A stretch of 64,000 nucleotides of DNA from Trichoplax adhaerens (Eukaryota; Animalia; Placozoa): the NCBI RefSeq assembly GCF_000150275.1, contig NW_002060959.1:742371-806370 (forward strand), read 5' to 3'. Positions 1-12,957 of the stretch are shown piece by piece. A program made the translations under genes and the position numbers. Below the pieces are notes generated by a model. That model saw only the letters and a program-made list of their open reading frames with translations. It did not search any database and was not told the DNA's origin. The stretch's first letter is position 1. Each line of letters starts with the position of its first letter.

Positions 1-1813
1 TGAACCAGTTTTAATTCACTTTCAATTCTGGCCAGTAATAGATAGTGCAGTGTATTTATTAAACCAGCTTCCATCCAAACTGCTCACCATACCATGTATG
101 CTGTTAATCAGCAGCCGGTGCTTGCAACTATGATGCTCTCAGTGACATAACTGTAGAAGTTAATACTGACCTGGCATCAAAGTTTTATTTCCAATTCGAG
201 CATATTGCCGCTCTTTCTTATAGACAAGTATATTATCATTTTTTATTTTTGTCTCTGCTATCACGTAATGTATGAAATGATCATCAACCGATAAACATTA
301 CTGTGTAAACTTATCTCGAAACCGATCAGACCTCTGCAAAATGCAGACTTATACATTACCGATGTATAATGAATTAATGTTGATGTGCATTTACTATAAA
401 TTGACTGGCTTCTCAATAAAGTTTGGATCTAGTGTTGCGGGTACTGCTCCTCCTGACGATAGGAGATTGTCAGTATTTAGAGTCGTTCAGTAGGTAGGTG
501 CTAGGGAGAACAAAGCTGACAGTAGGCGCGTGGTGCTGTGGTTTTCTGTAGTTGTTTAACTTTTCCTCGATAATAATTTCCATTTGTTATCGATAAAAAC
601 AAGTGTACTATTTACACTGAACTTCCACATTTACAGTTACACACATAAAAGTAGTTTGTTCGTTGTTATTTCCTTTCTACTTTGATTCTACAGCTGGTAT
701 ATACAAAAGCTTCATTTATTTTATGGTATATTATTTGCAATCAAGCAAGCAAAAAATTCCAACCTATCAACAGAATGCATAGATTCCCACAACGAATTGA
801 ATAATACTTAACTTAACAATGGTTAAAGTACTTCCATGGGCTCCTTTCAAAAGATCCGTTGTAACGAAAATTACGTCAATTTGATGCCATACATAAATGA
901 TTATGTTCAAATTATCCAGTGATACTACAAACATGCGTCAGCAAGTTATCAACCAATTAAGGTGCAATAAATTAATAGTTTATTACTCAAGTATATCATT
1001 CAGCCATCCACTTTTCATTCCAAAATAAGGGACATGAATGTTAATTCAAATTGGATGTTACTAAATATACTGGTACAATAATAAAAATATTTCGCAATAG
1101 TTACTATATTTAGTCTCTAACAGCCTCTACTATGTACTTGCTGTAATATTCTCTGCTATTAAAAAGAGTAAAACATACAGATTAAGTTGCCCAATTTTGG
1201 TAACATTAAATAAGCTACAGAACACTGCACTTCAATAACGTGCGAACATGAATTTTTTATGACTATCTATTTAGAGTATAATGTAACATTTACGAGAAAA
1301 TACAATCACTGTATCGAAATTGCCAATACTAGCAACTACTCAAAAATATCTATTTTTTGAGTAGTTCCTGCCAATGCTTGAGTATTAATCAAAATTTCTA
1401 CATCAAGCTGATTGCATGACTGAGTCATTGCGACAAAACCAAATCTATTGCGTATGCACATTTCTCGACATAGCTTTAGTCATACAATATGATGAGGCAA
1501 AGAAGAAGTAACCAGTAGCGAAAGATATCGGATACGAAATAATGATTACATACATTTTAGAAATACCAACAACTTTATGAGAGGATAAAAGAATGAACCC
1601 AAATGTACTTGGTTAATGGACCACATCCATTGCTATCGTTACCTATCAATATTCTCAAGACCTCAACCCTAATATAAATACGATAGGAATGTTTAGAATA
1701 TGTTTGTTAAAATTAATATGAGTAGTAAACAGGCTGCCAATCAAGCATGAACAGCATCAAGTCAGTAGATTGCTAATTCATCCACATACCATTTTGTAAG
1801 CCAAGATTAAAAA

Positions 1814-4156
1814 CTACCATGGTATTATATCACCATTGATTTCGTAAAATCCTCCACTTTTATCTATTGTTAACTGCTTTACTAAGTCAATAATAGCTCT
1901 AGCTGATTCTTCTGGAAGGCCTGGAGCATCTGATCCACCCATATCGGTTGCCATCCAACCAGGATTCACAGCCATGGTGGCAATGTTTTTACTTTTTAAG
2001 TCAATACTTAAAGTTTTTGTAATCATATTTAGTGCAATCTGTAAATAGAGCAAGAACATCACATGTGGAAGTAACTTCAAACTCTGCAACAATAATATCT
2101 AGAAAAGATGAGTATTCATTGTACAAAGAATAGTATCTACCCTATCTTATAGTTTACAGGGTATAATCATACGAACTTTGCTGCATTTACACGGATATCT
2201 ATCAGGCAACGGTGACGAATTAGATAAAGATCCGTTTATACTGCTAATGTTCAAAATAGCAGCATTGATAGGATTGGCTTTGGGCTTTTCTAGTAGTGGA
2301 AGAAAAGCCTATAACATAAGAAACACATTGCAATACAATGTAATTATGGGCACAACCATAATAGACCAGTTAACAAGTTATAACCAACATGACGCTGTAG
2401 ATTTATAAAGGATGATATTATGAGTTTATATCATAAAACTGCATCGATAGCTTGAAGTTCACGACCAAAGATGGGAAAGAAATAATCATAATACAGCACT
2501 ATTTATTAAAGCAGAGTTCAAGATAGTAGTATGTAGGATGCAGTATCTACAAGTCTTTTATCCTATATTTGCAAACAAGCTCTTGATGCCTAGATGTAGG
2601 TATCAGTTCGACAATCCACGCTAAAAAAAGCGAAATGAAAAAAAACCTAATGAGTTCTTTACTGTTACCTTCACCATCATCAATGGGGCTACTGCATTTA
2701 CTCGATAGGAATATTCCATCTTTTCAAATGTAACTTCATACAGATTTGATTTATCAAACATTGCAGCATTGTTGATCAAAACATCTAGTCCATCATTTGA
2801 TATATTCGATTCTACAGCGTTAAAGGCCTTCTGAATTCCTACGTCGCTTGTAGTATCTGCACGGATAGATATTGTGAAGATAAATATCATCAAAAGTCGA
2901 TAAAACTTTATTTATTTTCAAGTACGTAAGACATGAATGTAAAAGCTGTAAAGTCATTATCCTTAGCATTTAGCTTTGATGCTTAGTATTACTTACCCAG
3001 CTCAATCAGCTTCAAATTAGAATGCTCAGATGCCAATCTTTGTAAATTCTAAGTAGGTGTCAAGCAATAGAACCAATATCGTCAAAAATATACGCGTATA
3101 TTATGCAGTAATAAGTCATAAGCAATTAAAAGTAGTGTTACAGGTTACAAAATATAATGCTGTATTTAGGGTAGCAATGATTTCATCTAATATTACTATT
3201 GGTGTTCTAAAATTATTGTACTCATTTCAGCTTATTAGATAACTACAATTACTAATTCCTTTTTATCAGTAACACATTGATGATACTGTATTCGTTTGGC
3301 AGCACATATCATGGATAAGCTTTCTCAACTGTAGATGCAGCGATGAAGTAAAGAAATAAAATGAGATGTAGCCTTGTTTTCAATAATATTAATCACACAA
3401 CGTTAAAATATTCGGTTATCGAACTGGAATGCTTACAGTTTGTCGTCCTAATGTACTATACCTAATGTTCAGAATCAATTCGTCGTGTAAGAGCTCGATA
3501 GAATGAAACTTGTAGCACTAAATCACTTCTTACTGTATAGAGGTAAAGGAAAAGACTTTCTACACGTAATGCTGTACTGTCCATCTATGCTTCGGTTTTA
3601 TACTCCATAGATTGACAATCTAGTCGTAGCTGCAGTACCTGAAATTGATTGATCATTGCAGTCGACAAACAACGTTCTTCTTTTTGCCACTACTACACTA
3701 TGTCGTACTCATGTACGAGTTTTATACAACAAAATGCAGTTCGAGTATGCTTCAAACAAGTAAACTGCGTATTTTGTTCTATAAACAGTATACTGTACTG
3801 TACTACTAAAATAATATCAATTTTATTATCCCAGCATAGATGATAGGCCCTTGAGAACTATAGGCACTGCGAATTCATTATTACTGTAGACCGTATGATG
3901 AATTCAAGCTAGGGGTTATCAATACATCTGGCAAGGATAGAAGCCATGCCTCAAGATCGATAAAAATTAATTAAAATCGATACGTAATAGTTTGAACGCG
4001 ATGAAACAGTACCATCGTCTTGGCAACATCTCGGTAGGAAGCGAAGACATGTTTTGGAGGATTCTTCGTCGACAGTAAGGTCTCAACCAGCTTTAACCCT
4101 AAGCCACGATTAGCTCCAGTCACTAATACCGAATTGATGTGAAATAACCGCGCCAT
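1814..4156 (-). CDS. Short-chain dehydrogenase/reductase, CsgA/C-factor/sniffer-like (SDR-A), 5 exons, ~246 aa
   Basis: Exons 4156-4013, 3048-2997, 2856-2669, 2308-2177, 2038-1814; all introns GT-AG with consistent phases (0,1,0,0). Motifs: VLVTGANRGLG (Rossmann), LDVLINNAA, VNAVAPL, AAILNISS, VNPGWMATDMGG, C-terminal IPW. The catalytic motif reads YPCKCSK. Confidence 0.93.
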
Positions 4157-4860
4157 CAAAGATTAGATATAGACTGTAGAGTAAACAGTCACTACTGATT
4201 GTGAATATGTTCAATTGTAAAATTTTCTCTTCGTGTCCCAACAGAAGCAACGAAAACAAGGTCGGAAAATAATTCAGGAAATGAGCCTAATGACCAATTG
4301 TAAATATTAGACGATATAATACATACGAATAATAACATACGGTTGATCACAGAGCAGTAGTTCCATAGTTCCAACTACCAACAGGAAATTGCATTAATGA
4401 ATTAATTATACAAGATAAAATCTGTCCGTCTGCATTTTTTTATTAGCAAATCAATTAATTAATTAATGGCACTTTTTACTTTTTACTTTTTACAATGGTA
4501 AAACTCTAGTTGAATCGCTATGTACAGTATAATGCATATAGAATATCAACTGCAATAATACAGAATAATATAATTGTATTTGCATAGCCGAGTTAAAGTA
4601 CTATAAGCAAAAGAAAATGGCCTGCTGGTAAACAGTACTCGAAACTACTTTTTCGAGTATTAGGAACCAATACATAATTAAGAACGGTATCTTAGTACAG
4701 TGTATACTGTACGCGTTGTCTGTGTAAGAGAATTACTTTGCGGTCTTGTCTAATATCTCCATTTTAGGAGTATATAGGATGTTGATATGATGGTTGGTAA
4801 GTTGTAAAAGAGGCATCGTCATTTTCGGTCGGCCAGGTTTTAAAAATTGTGCCCAAATCA

Positions 4861-6932
4861 ATGGCAAGCATAAAAAGCAGCAGTCACGATGAGGCAATAT
4901 TACGCGCCCGCTCGGTCTTCATTACTGGAGCTGCAAGCGGTATTGGTTTCGCATTAGTGCAAGAGATGCTAGTGATGCCAAGTACGATAGAACACATCTT
5001 TGCAAGCTATCGATCTTTGGATTCTGAATCCGGCAAGGTAACAGCATCTCTATGATGCAGATAGGATTTGAACTAGCTAATCTTGCATTACTAGCTGCTC
5101 TACGTTGTTAGTAACAAGCTTTCAGCGTGTCTTTTACCTGCAACTTTAGTTCGGATTCACCTGGATTTGGAGTTATAATCAAACTTCAAACTTGTAAATA
5201 AATCTTCATTTAGTGCCATAGCTTAATTCTCAAGTACTGTACTGCATACCATCCAATCGTGAACACTGTCGTTTGGCATCAAGGACTATTTTACTGACGC
5301 ATTGTAATTATCCATCTGTTATATATTAGCGCCTCTTAGACCTATCCAAAACTCATACACGATTAACTTTAGTAGAAATGGGTAAGTAGTAATAATACAT
5401 GTATCTGGCAGAAAAGAATAGCCGTATAGTATCCATGAAATACGTAGGCCATCAATGAATTATAATAATCTATTCTAGTACGGGTAGAAATGATGACGAC
5501 TTGTTCAATACAGATATTACATGCGAAAATTCCATAAAGAGAGCCTTCGAAACTGTTCAAGCATGTCTTAGTAATCTTGGATTACATTTACTCATCAATA
5601 ATGCTGGCATTGGAGATCATGACACGTTTCTAACCGCAACAACTAAATCCATGGAACTATTTTATAAAACCAATGCTATCGGACCTATGCTGGTTGCTCA
5701 GGTATGAATTGCTATTGATCACTGGATAATCGAAACATCTGCGTACCTATAACTATTAGAAGATACAGCATAGAAGTATGTGGTGCTAATGGCCTTTAAT
5801 GTAAAGTTTTACAGCGTCTAGTTGTAAGATTATAATAAATGAGTTTCTAGTTACTACCATACACGTCTATTCCATAATTTCATTTTGCATGTCCGTAACA
5901 CTGAAGCGATAATAATCTACACTTTATGATCTACAGTACTTGCTGCATGCCATAGTGTGCCTAAAGTACAAATTATACATAGTGTTATAGTTCGTTACAG
6001 GATAACAATCTACGCTTTATGATCTGCAGTACTTGCTGCATGCAATAGTGTGCCTAAGGTACAAATTATACATAGTGTTCTAATTCGTTACAGGATAATA
6101 ACCTACTTTTCATATCTGCAGTACTTGCTGCATGGAATAGTTTGCCTAAGGTACAAATTATACATAGTGTTACAATTCATTACAGGATAATAATTTACGC
6201 TTTATGATCTACAGTACTTGCTGCATGGAATAGTGTGCCTAAGGTACAAAATAATTATCCATAGTCTTATAATTCATTACAGGTTAATAATACAACCCTA
6301 GAATATTACAAACTTATCAGATTGTATAGCCTAATGTCTTGTATTTAAGATGCTGCAATTACTAATCATCGCTTGTTTAATGCCCCTACACAGCACGGTA
6401 ATATAAAATAAATTTGTCCTTTCATAATGTAGACATTCTTGCCGCTATTGAAAATTGGAAAGGAAACTAACTATACCAAGGGTAGATCTTTCAAGGCAGC
6501 AGTAGTTAATGTATCTTCTCAAGTTGCATCTTTATCTTCACCTAGGACTAACTACTTTTCTTACGGTTGTAGCAAGGTAAAAGCAGATTACAATTACAGT
6601 AATTCTATTTGATTCCAACAATACCATCATGACATTATAAATAGTATAGTATACGTAAAAGCTGACTTGACTAATGTGTTCAAAATAAACCGTTTAATAA
6701 ATAATTATAGGTAGCTTTAAATATGATTACAAGATGTATGAGCCTAGAACTAAAACGGGAGGAAATTGTGGTAATTCCAATACATCCAGGTAGCGTCAAG
6801 ACTAAATCTAACGAAGGCGGTCGTATGAATCCTGGTGATGCTTCCCTGCAAATTCTGAATGTAATATGTAACCTTCAATTAAATAAAACTGGAAAGTTCC
6901 TAAGTTATAATGGATCCCAGCTGCCTTGGTAA
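4861..6932 (+). CDS. Short-chain dehydrogenase/reductase, CsgA/C-factor/sniffer-like (SDR-B), 5 exons, ~260 aa
   Basis: Exons 4861-5037, 5330-5381, 5514-5701, 6433-6576, 6711-6932; GT-AG introns. Motifs: VFITGAASGIG, LLINNAGI, TNAIGP, AAVVNVSS, intact catalytic YGCSK, IHPGSVKT, C-terminal LPW. Exons 2 and 3 (52 and 188 nt) match SDR-A in length. Confidence 0.93.
5908..6282. repeat. Minisatellite, four ~93-bp tandem units in intron 3 of SDR-B
   Basis: Units start at about 5908, 6001, 6094 and 6186: GATAATAATCTAC..GATCT(A/G)CAGTACTTGCTGCATG..TAGTGTGCCTAAGGTACAAATTATACATAGTG..TTACAG. Confidence 0.92.
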
Positions 6933-8103
6933 CTCTTTTACATTTTAAACGCTGGTTAGGGTATTTTTGGCAATAGAAGTTCTGTATTAGTAGACACTTT
7001 ATTTTTACGAATATTAATAAAAAATACGTAGTACTTGGTTATTTTGATCACTGCAGTTAGTACAAAATCAACGACGATCGATTTTATCTTGGAATCGACG
7101 TAAATATTCGATCAATACTATAGCGCATTCTACAGTCGTTTATTGCAATACTTCATTGCAAATATTTCGTTGAGGCTTCTTGTAAAAATTAGTAATTTTC
7201 TAAGTATTTTTAGGTAGCACAACATAAACGATTAATCATAGTTTTACTTAGTTAAAATTGTGCGTTAATACCGCGGTACAGCTCTAATTATTCCAAACTG
7301 TAAACGAATACTAACAGTCTCTGCTAAATGCTACTGTTCCGTACACTGTGCTGCAGCAGACTATTATTATCTACTAACTGAAACCTTGTGAACGCAAAAC
7401 TATGTCCATGAATATCAAGCTTAGCTTAGCCGCAAGGACTGTTGTTGTTATAATAGTAATTTTCGTAAAATGTTCAATACCGAGGGTATCCCTGTATTTA
7501 TTAATTTTTAGTCAAGACATTTACAGCCCAATCTCTTGTGACGCTATCAATAATCGTAATTCAATAAATTCTAAAGACGATGCATGGAATTTATCCAGCA
7601 TGATTTAAAATGGTTTAAAATTATATCTTACGTATGTTATTATTATATTCTATCAGAATAAGAGCTTTAACCATGACTGTTCTTAAACTATCTTTAATAA
7701 AACGCTCACTTTCCAGAGATAAAACTCAAATAAAACCATGGTCCTTCAAGACGAAAGCTGTGCATCAATAAAGAGGGTAGACTGCATATACCGAATGATA
7801 TATAACTATATACATAAGAAACAATCCATTTTAACGTAAACAGAAGTATAACCATACTATACTGCTATCTCCTAATGAAACCATGTAATCTACAGTACCA
7901 ATATATCTATGGCTAATTTATGTCAAACTATAAAATAATCAGTGATGCAATACTTCGCTCTCATTTTTCAATCATTGCATTTTGCTGACAAACCCTCTGA
8001 ATCCTCCGATAATGTACATAGTATAATAATATTAATAAAGCAAAACTATCAGATTACAAACAATATTAGATATTTCATGGACTAAGGTGGCGTTCTTTTA
8101 TGC

Positions 8104-10190
8104 CTACGGCAAATCGCTAAACAGATCATCCGGGTCGCCAATTTCAGCAGAAGCTTCAACTTTTTCTCCAGTACTACCATCGTGATTACTAGAGATTGAT
8201 AGACACAAGAGTTATATTAATAAATTACAGTTGCTCCCTTATGCTTTTATTTGGCTATATCAAACTTGCCTATCAGTTTCGTTAGCATCACTCATCATTA
8301 TATCGCCATTACAGTCCAGTGGCAAACTTAAAAACTCTTCATTACTTCGTTGCGTTTCCCAAACTTGCTTGATTTCTGGTGGATCAAATTCATGTAATTT
8401 CTTCCTCCAGAGTTTAATTTGCATGTCAAAGGAGCGTCTGCTAACTTTAATATTTTTATCTGGTGTCCTAGGATGATCCTTCGTCCTCTCCTGTCTATTA
8501 ATTACAGAGATTGTACAGGTAAGTACAGCGCAACATTAGGATAAAGTTTTCACTTAATAATGGCACTATAATATATGATTATACTTATACAAGTTGCAGT
8601 ACATGCAACAATTAAACATAAGGTAAATGATTTTAGAAATACACTAAAAGCTTTCAACGAAGTTGGTTAAAGCCCCTACTTTGCAACAGTCTTGCAATAT
8701 CGATCATATCCCAAGGTATTCTTCCCGTAATCTATTTGTTTCTGCCTCCTTGACAAAATTTTGTCGTCATATTCACGCTCTCTGGGCGTACCACTAAAAC
8801 TTCTACAGTTTAATAAAGTTGTTATAATATTATTGATAACAATATGAATTACTGGAAGTATTCTTAGGAGAATTGAACCTCTTCAACCCTTTTGGAGGAG
8901 GAGAAACACTGGCTTTTGAATCATCTTCAAATGATCCGAATTCCGATAAATGTAAACGGCGTCGTGTTCTAAAATCAATATTGATCAATTTATGAACTAC
9001 CTTTGCGTAAAATTGTCGATCAAAATCAAACTAAAAGTGCTCCAATAAGTTACATACAGACTAAGAAATAGAAAAATGCATGAGTGCGGAATGTAAATGT
9101 ACAGTGTCTGCTAATATAATTTCAATAAATTGAAAATATGCATAATTTTTAATTTTTATAATCAAACAACGAACCCATTCAATTTGCTCTTTTTATTAGC
9201 GATTTTTCGCGCTAACAAACTTTCACGTCCTTCCGGAGTAGCCCTAAGATACATGGTGATTATACAGGTGACAAAGTTAACGTTACAGCCATAAAAAGGA
9301 ATTGTGCAATAACAGTATTCCTTGCAACGATTAACTAATCTTACATAGAATTGAAAACATTAAAATTATATGGTCGATGCAGTACTAGTCATCTACCGTA
9401 TGTCAAAGAGTAGTTTTAATTGCACCAATCAGTTATGCAAGAAATACAAGTTTCTTTCAACGGAGGTAACAACACAAGCTACCAAATAAAGCTAGACACT
9501 GAAATAGAATAGAATATGACATACTTCTTATGTAGATCCTCCTCGTCCATAAGATCTGCCCAGCTTTTGCTTACTTCAGCGGTTTTATTATTCCTGCAAG
9601 TAGTGAAGAAACTGTCATGAACAATTTTTGCGTACTGCGAAATACTTTTAACAACTGTTCCCATATACGTAAATGATCTTAACTAACAGTAAGGTAAAAT
9701 TTGAATTCAAAGTGATGTCAAACAAAGAGTGCACCCTGCATAACAGGTCACTTTTCATTCCTTTATCCATACTTCAAACTTTATAAATTTCTCTTACCAC
9801 GAAAAGTCCAATGAAGATGTACTATCATCAAGTGTCGGAAAGTCCTCTTCATTGAAAAGTGGCTGTTCAAGAGGGCTGGTAGCCATAACGATATCATCAG
9901 GATCACATTGTTCGTCTCCATTAGCGTTATTGCTAGACATCATCCTGTTTGTCGGCTGAAAGTAAAGCTGACGCTTTCGTTGGCAACTCCTTTTCGGTTT
10001 ACATGGTGTACTGCTACTTAATGGACTACTCTTGACAGGAGCATAGTCGGCATGTTTTGTATGATAGTGTTTCCGAGCGAATTTCTTTCGTTGGTGATCT
10101 TCTTTTGGTGAATCATCTTCGTCTTGATGTTTGGGTGTGGTATAATTTTCTAGATTGTTTGAATTCTGAGAGGTAGCATATTCGGTACAA
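8104..10190 (-). CDS. SLBP: Histone mRNA stem-loop binding protein (5' end/start codon not resolved)
   Basis: Exons 10190-9798, 9593-9525, 9243-9175, 8968-8879, 8802-8680, 8494-8270, 8188-8104; all junctions phase 2. The spliced RNA-binding domain [54 protein letters not shown] matches the SLBP RBD. Also SWADLMDEE (SLIP1-binding-like motif) and NYTTPK (SFTTP-like). Confidence 0.93.
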
Positions 10191-11560
10191 CTAGGAAATG
10201 GAAATATATATGAAATTTAAATAACAGGCCAATTTAACTCCTGATGACATAAAGCATCAGAATTGATATTGTACAATCTGATAAATGAAGGCATAATCAT
10301 ACACTACAAATTGGTGAATACTCAATTTAGGATCACCTATCGTGACTCCATTACCATACCGATCGATATACGAGAATAGTCAATGCCACAGCAAAGTACA
10401 AAAAGTGATGCACATAAGGTCTACTGCACAAAGTCGAATAAGAAAAGAGCTTAATCTTTCCAAATCGTAGTTAATCCAATGGCATATGTATCTACCGACT
10501 ACGTCGAGCGTTCGTATAGTATTGCAACAAAAACGCATTGTGCTAGTATCTCATCTTGAAAGAAAGCTAAAAAGCAGTTTAAGAGTATAATTTGAAAGAC
10601 TGTACGTTTTCATTAATGTTCTTCCATATCGCGCTATCGATGGGAAAAAGTACTTTGAAAGCGTTCCTCTCAACTAAGAGTCAGTGTCGAGAATGGTTCT
10701 ATTCCTACTTCATTTTAGGGTATCTTTCAGCAAGTTTCAACATTTTCCACGAAATAGATACTATTCAAGCAGGATACTCATGCAAGTTGATATTGTCCAT
10801 TTCCAAAGGGCAATTGTAACATTAATTTGAGCTGTTTTGAATACTTGTCGATTGCATTTAGATCTACAGTAGCAAGTAAATGTTTCATTGTGCACAATTT
10901 CAATAGTCTAATCACGTCGATGGCGTGGATGAGATTGGTTACTACTAGACATACTGTATAATCGTACTCTACGCAAGCTTCTAATCGCGGCATTGAACAT
11001 GAAAGTAGTCTAAAAGGTGTATTCCATCTCTTGCAATGACATTGATCGAAACATGCAGTATTACGTTCAATACGGCGAATTAAGTAGATGATAAGTTACG
11101 TATACAGTATGTTGCATCTGTTCCTAGTAGAATCTCTTGTTGGTTACAAGTATAGTCTAGCAAAACGGTGTCAAAAGCGCGGAATCAATTTTAGCCTCTC
11201 TTGGACGATTTTTTTTTATTGCACGGCCGTCTCCATAGCAGCAGCAGACGTAGCAGCCTAAGTGAACATTGGATCGTCATCGCTTACCTACCGCTAGGAC
11301 TACTGCAAGAAAAGAGAGAACGTCCAACCAGTTTTGCTAATCCTCTCTCTTGCTATTAGTAGTTTTTGCAGTAGAAATTAGAATCAACTTAGTCAATGTC
11401 AGCATCATGGTGAATCAATGATTACTGACCACTAGTCTTAGCGCTGGAGTTGTGGCAATATTGTACACAGTTATGTAATCGATTGGACTCTACTACCTGT
11501 ACTGTATCGTTACCGTTGCATATTAATATTGATATTACGCCAGTCTACAGTACCGTCTAT

Positions 11561-12855
11561 GGATGGCGCAAAGCGCCATTTTGACAATGCTGTTTTTGTT
11601 TCAGTATTGTGTACATTAGTGGGGCACTGTCAATAAAATGTTCCAGTTATATCCTACAAAATAAGTTATTGTTTGCGTACAGCATGTTGCAAGAAGTGAA
11701 TTGAAATGGACAAGACTATAATTTGGCGGTTAAGTATCAAGAATGAAAAATGATGGGGGGGAGAGATTTGCAACTATTGGCATGGATTTAGTCGGATACT
11801 ATCAAAATGGATCATCATGTCATCGTGCTGTAGGCTATGACGATGCAAGATGATTTAGACGTAGCTGATCGGATACAGCTCTATCGCTAAATGGTTGATG
11901 ATGCCTTTTATCCATTTCAATATTATGTATACGCAACTGTGCCGCTGTGGTACTAGGGCTAATCATGACAAAGTGCATTGAGGTAAAAGCAAGCACCGAT
12001 ATCGTTTGGTCTTTTCTGCTTTTTTCTTTATAGCTAGTCAATCACAAACACTCACTTTCTGGAGCGATTGGCTACCAAACTGACCGACCGTATCAGCTCC
12101 ATGGATTAGCATTTCCTACTACTAGACGAGGTCTAATCCAAGTTTAATCTACCACAGCTAGGCATCCAATTCGTAACAAGTCGGTTACAGCCTTATACGG
12201 TAGTATGCTATCAAAAGTAGATTGGGAAACCTTGGCTCGCTTGAGCACCAACTCGATGGATAGACCCTTGTATAGTCGTGCATTGAGCTAGTCAAGAAAG
12301 GATCAAGGAATAAGCTCATTTCTTACGCTAAGAGCAACTTTCCAAATAAAGTATGAATTGAACAATTCTGCCTGCATGAACATCAGACAGTAGGCACCCA
12401 TGGGAAATCATCTCCCCATTTTTTTCTCTTCTTTGATGAGGGAAAAAGAGTCTGATTACACCATTACAACAAATCGAAGATGAAGTCATTGCACTGCCTA
12501 CCTGATGCCGACCCCTAGTTGATCGTTGACCTTGTTAATCCCTATGGTGGACATAACCAATCTTGTAGTGCAAGTCAATTTTTCGTGCTTCAACCTGCAA
12601 CGACAACGACGAATCACTTCAAGGAGAATCCACTTCAATCGCTCGCTTCAAATGCAACCAAGAGTGAATGCAACGCTATTCAATATAGCTTAGGTGAAAC
12701 GTTGAAATGCTTGATGCTGGTGAACTGCAAAGGATTTGGATCCACCACGTTGAAGCAGTGGAGCGTTTGAAGGTTGAATAAAGCAACGCTAAACGTTAAG
12801 CTTAATATAAACGAGGCGTAAGTGGGTACCCGTAACAAGATTTGTTGGCGCCAAA
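11561..12855. promoter_or_regulatory. E2F-like sites in the divergent SLBP/MZT1 intergenic region
   Basis: GGCGCAAA at 11565-11572, TTTGGCGG at 11722-11729 and palindromic TTGGCGCCAA(A) at 12845-12855 resemble the E2F TTTSSCGC consensus. Motif match only. Confidence 0.35.
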
Positions 12856-12957
12856 TTTTAAAGTGCGCCTTTTGTGGCATTGCATGATCAGGCTCCTTTA
12901 CTCATGCTCAAATGGGTTGGCAGATTCTGTCAGTCCAGTGCCGTGATTGTCCACTGT

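Noticed and set aside
100-590. Short open frames with exon-like borders at the window start
   Set aside because: No recognisable motifs and no consistent spliced model.
838-858. GGCTCCTTTCAAAAGATCC resembling a histone 3' stem-loop
   Set aside because: It does not form the 6-bp stem/4-nt loop, and there is no histone ORF upstream.
2178-2408. Plus-strand 76-aa ORF
   Set aside because: Antisense shadow of SDR-A exon 4.
8231-8476. Plus-strand 81-aa ORF
   Set aside because: Antisense shadow of the SLBP RNA-binding-domain exon.
10191-11420. Candidate SLBP first exon and the ORFs at 10592-10993
   Set aside because: I found no ATG-to-phase-2-donor exon free of stops, and the ORFs have no recognisable motifs. 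Left unresolved.
12832-12855. GTAACA followed by TGGCGCC as an LTR end plus primer-binding site
   Set aside because: The spacing is too long, there is no matching LTR or TSD, and a palindromic E2F-like site explains it as well.
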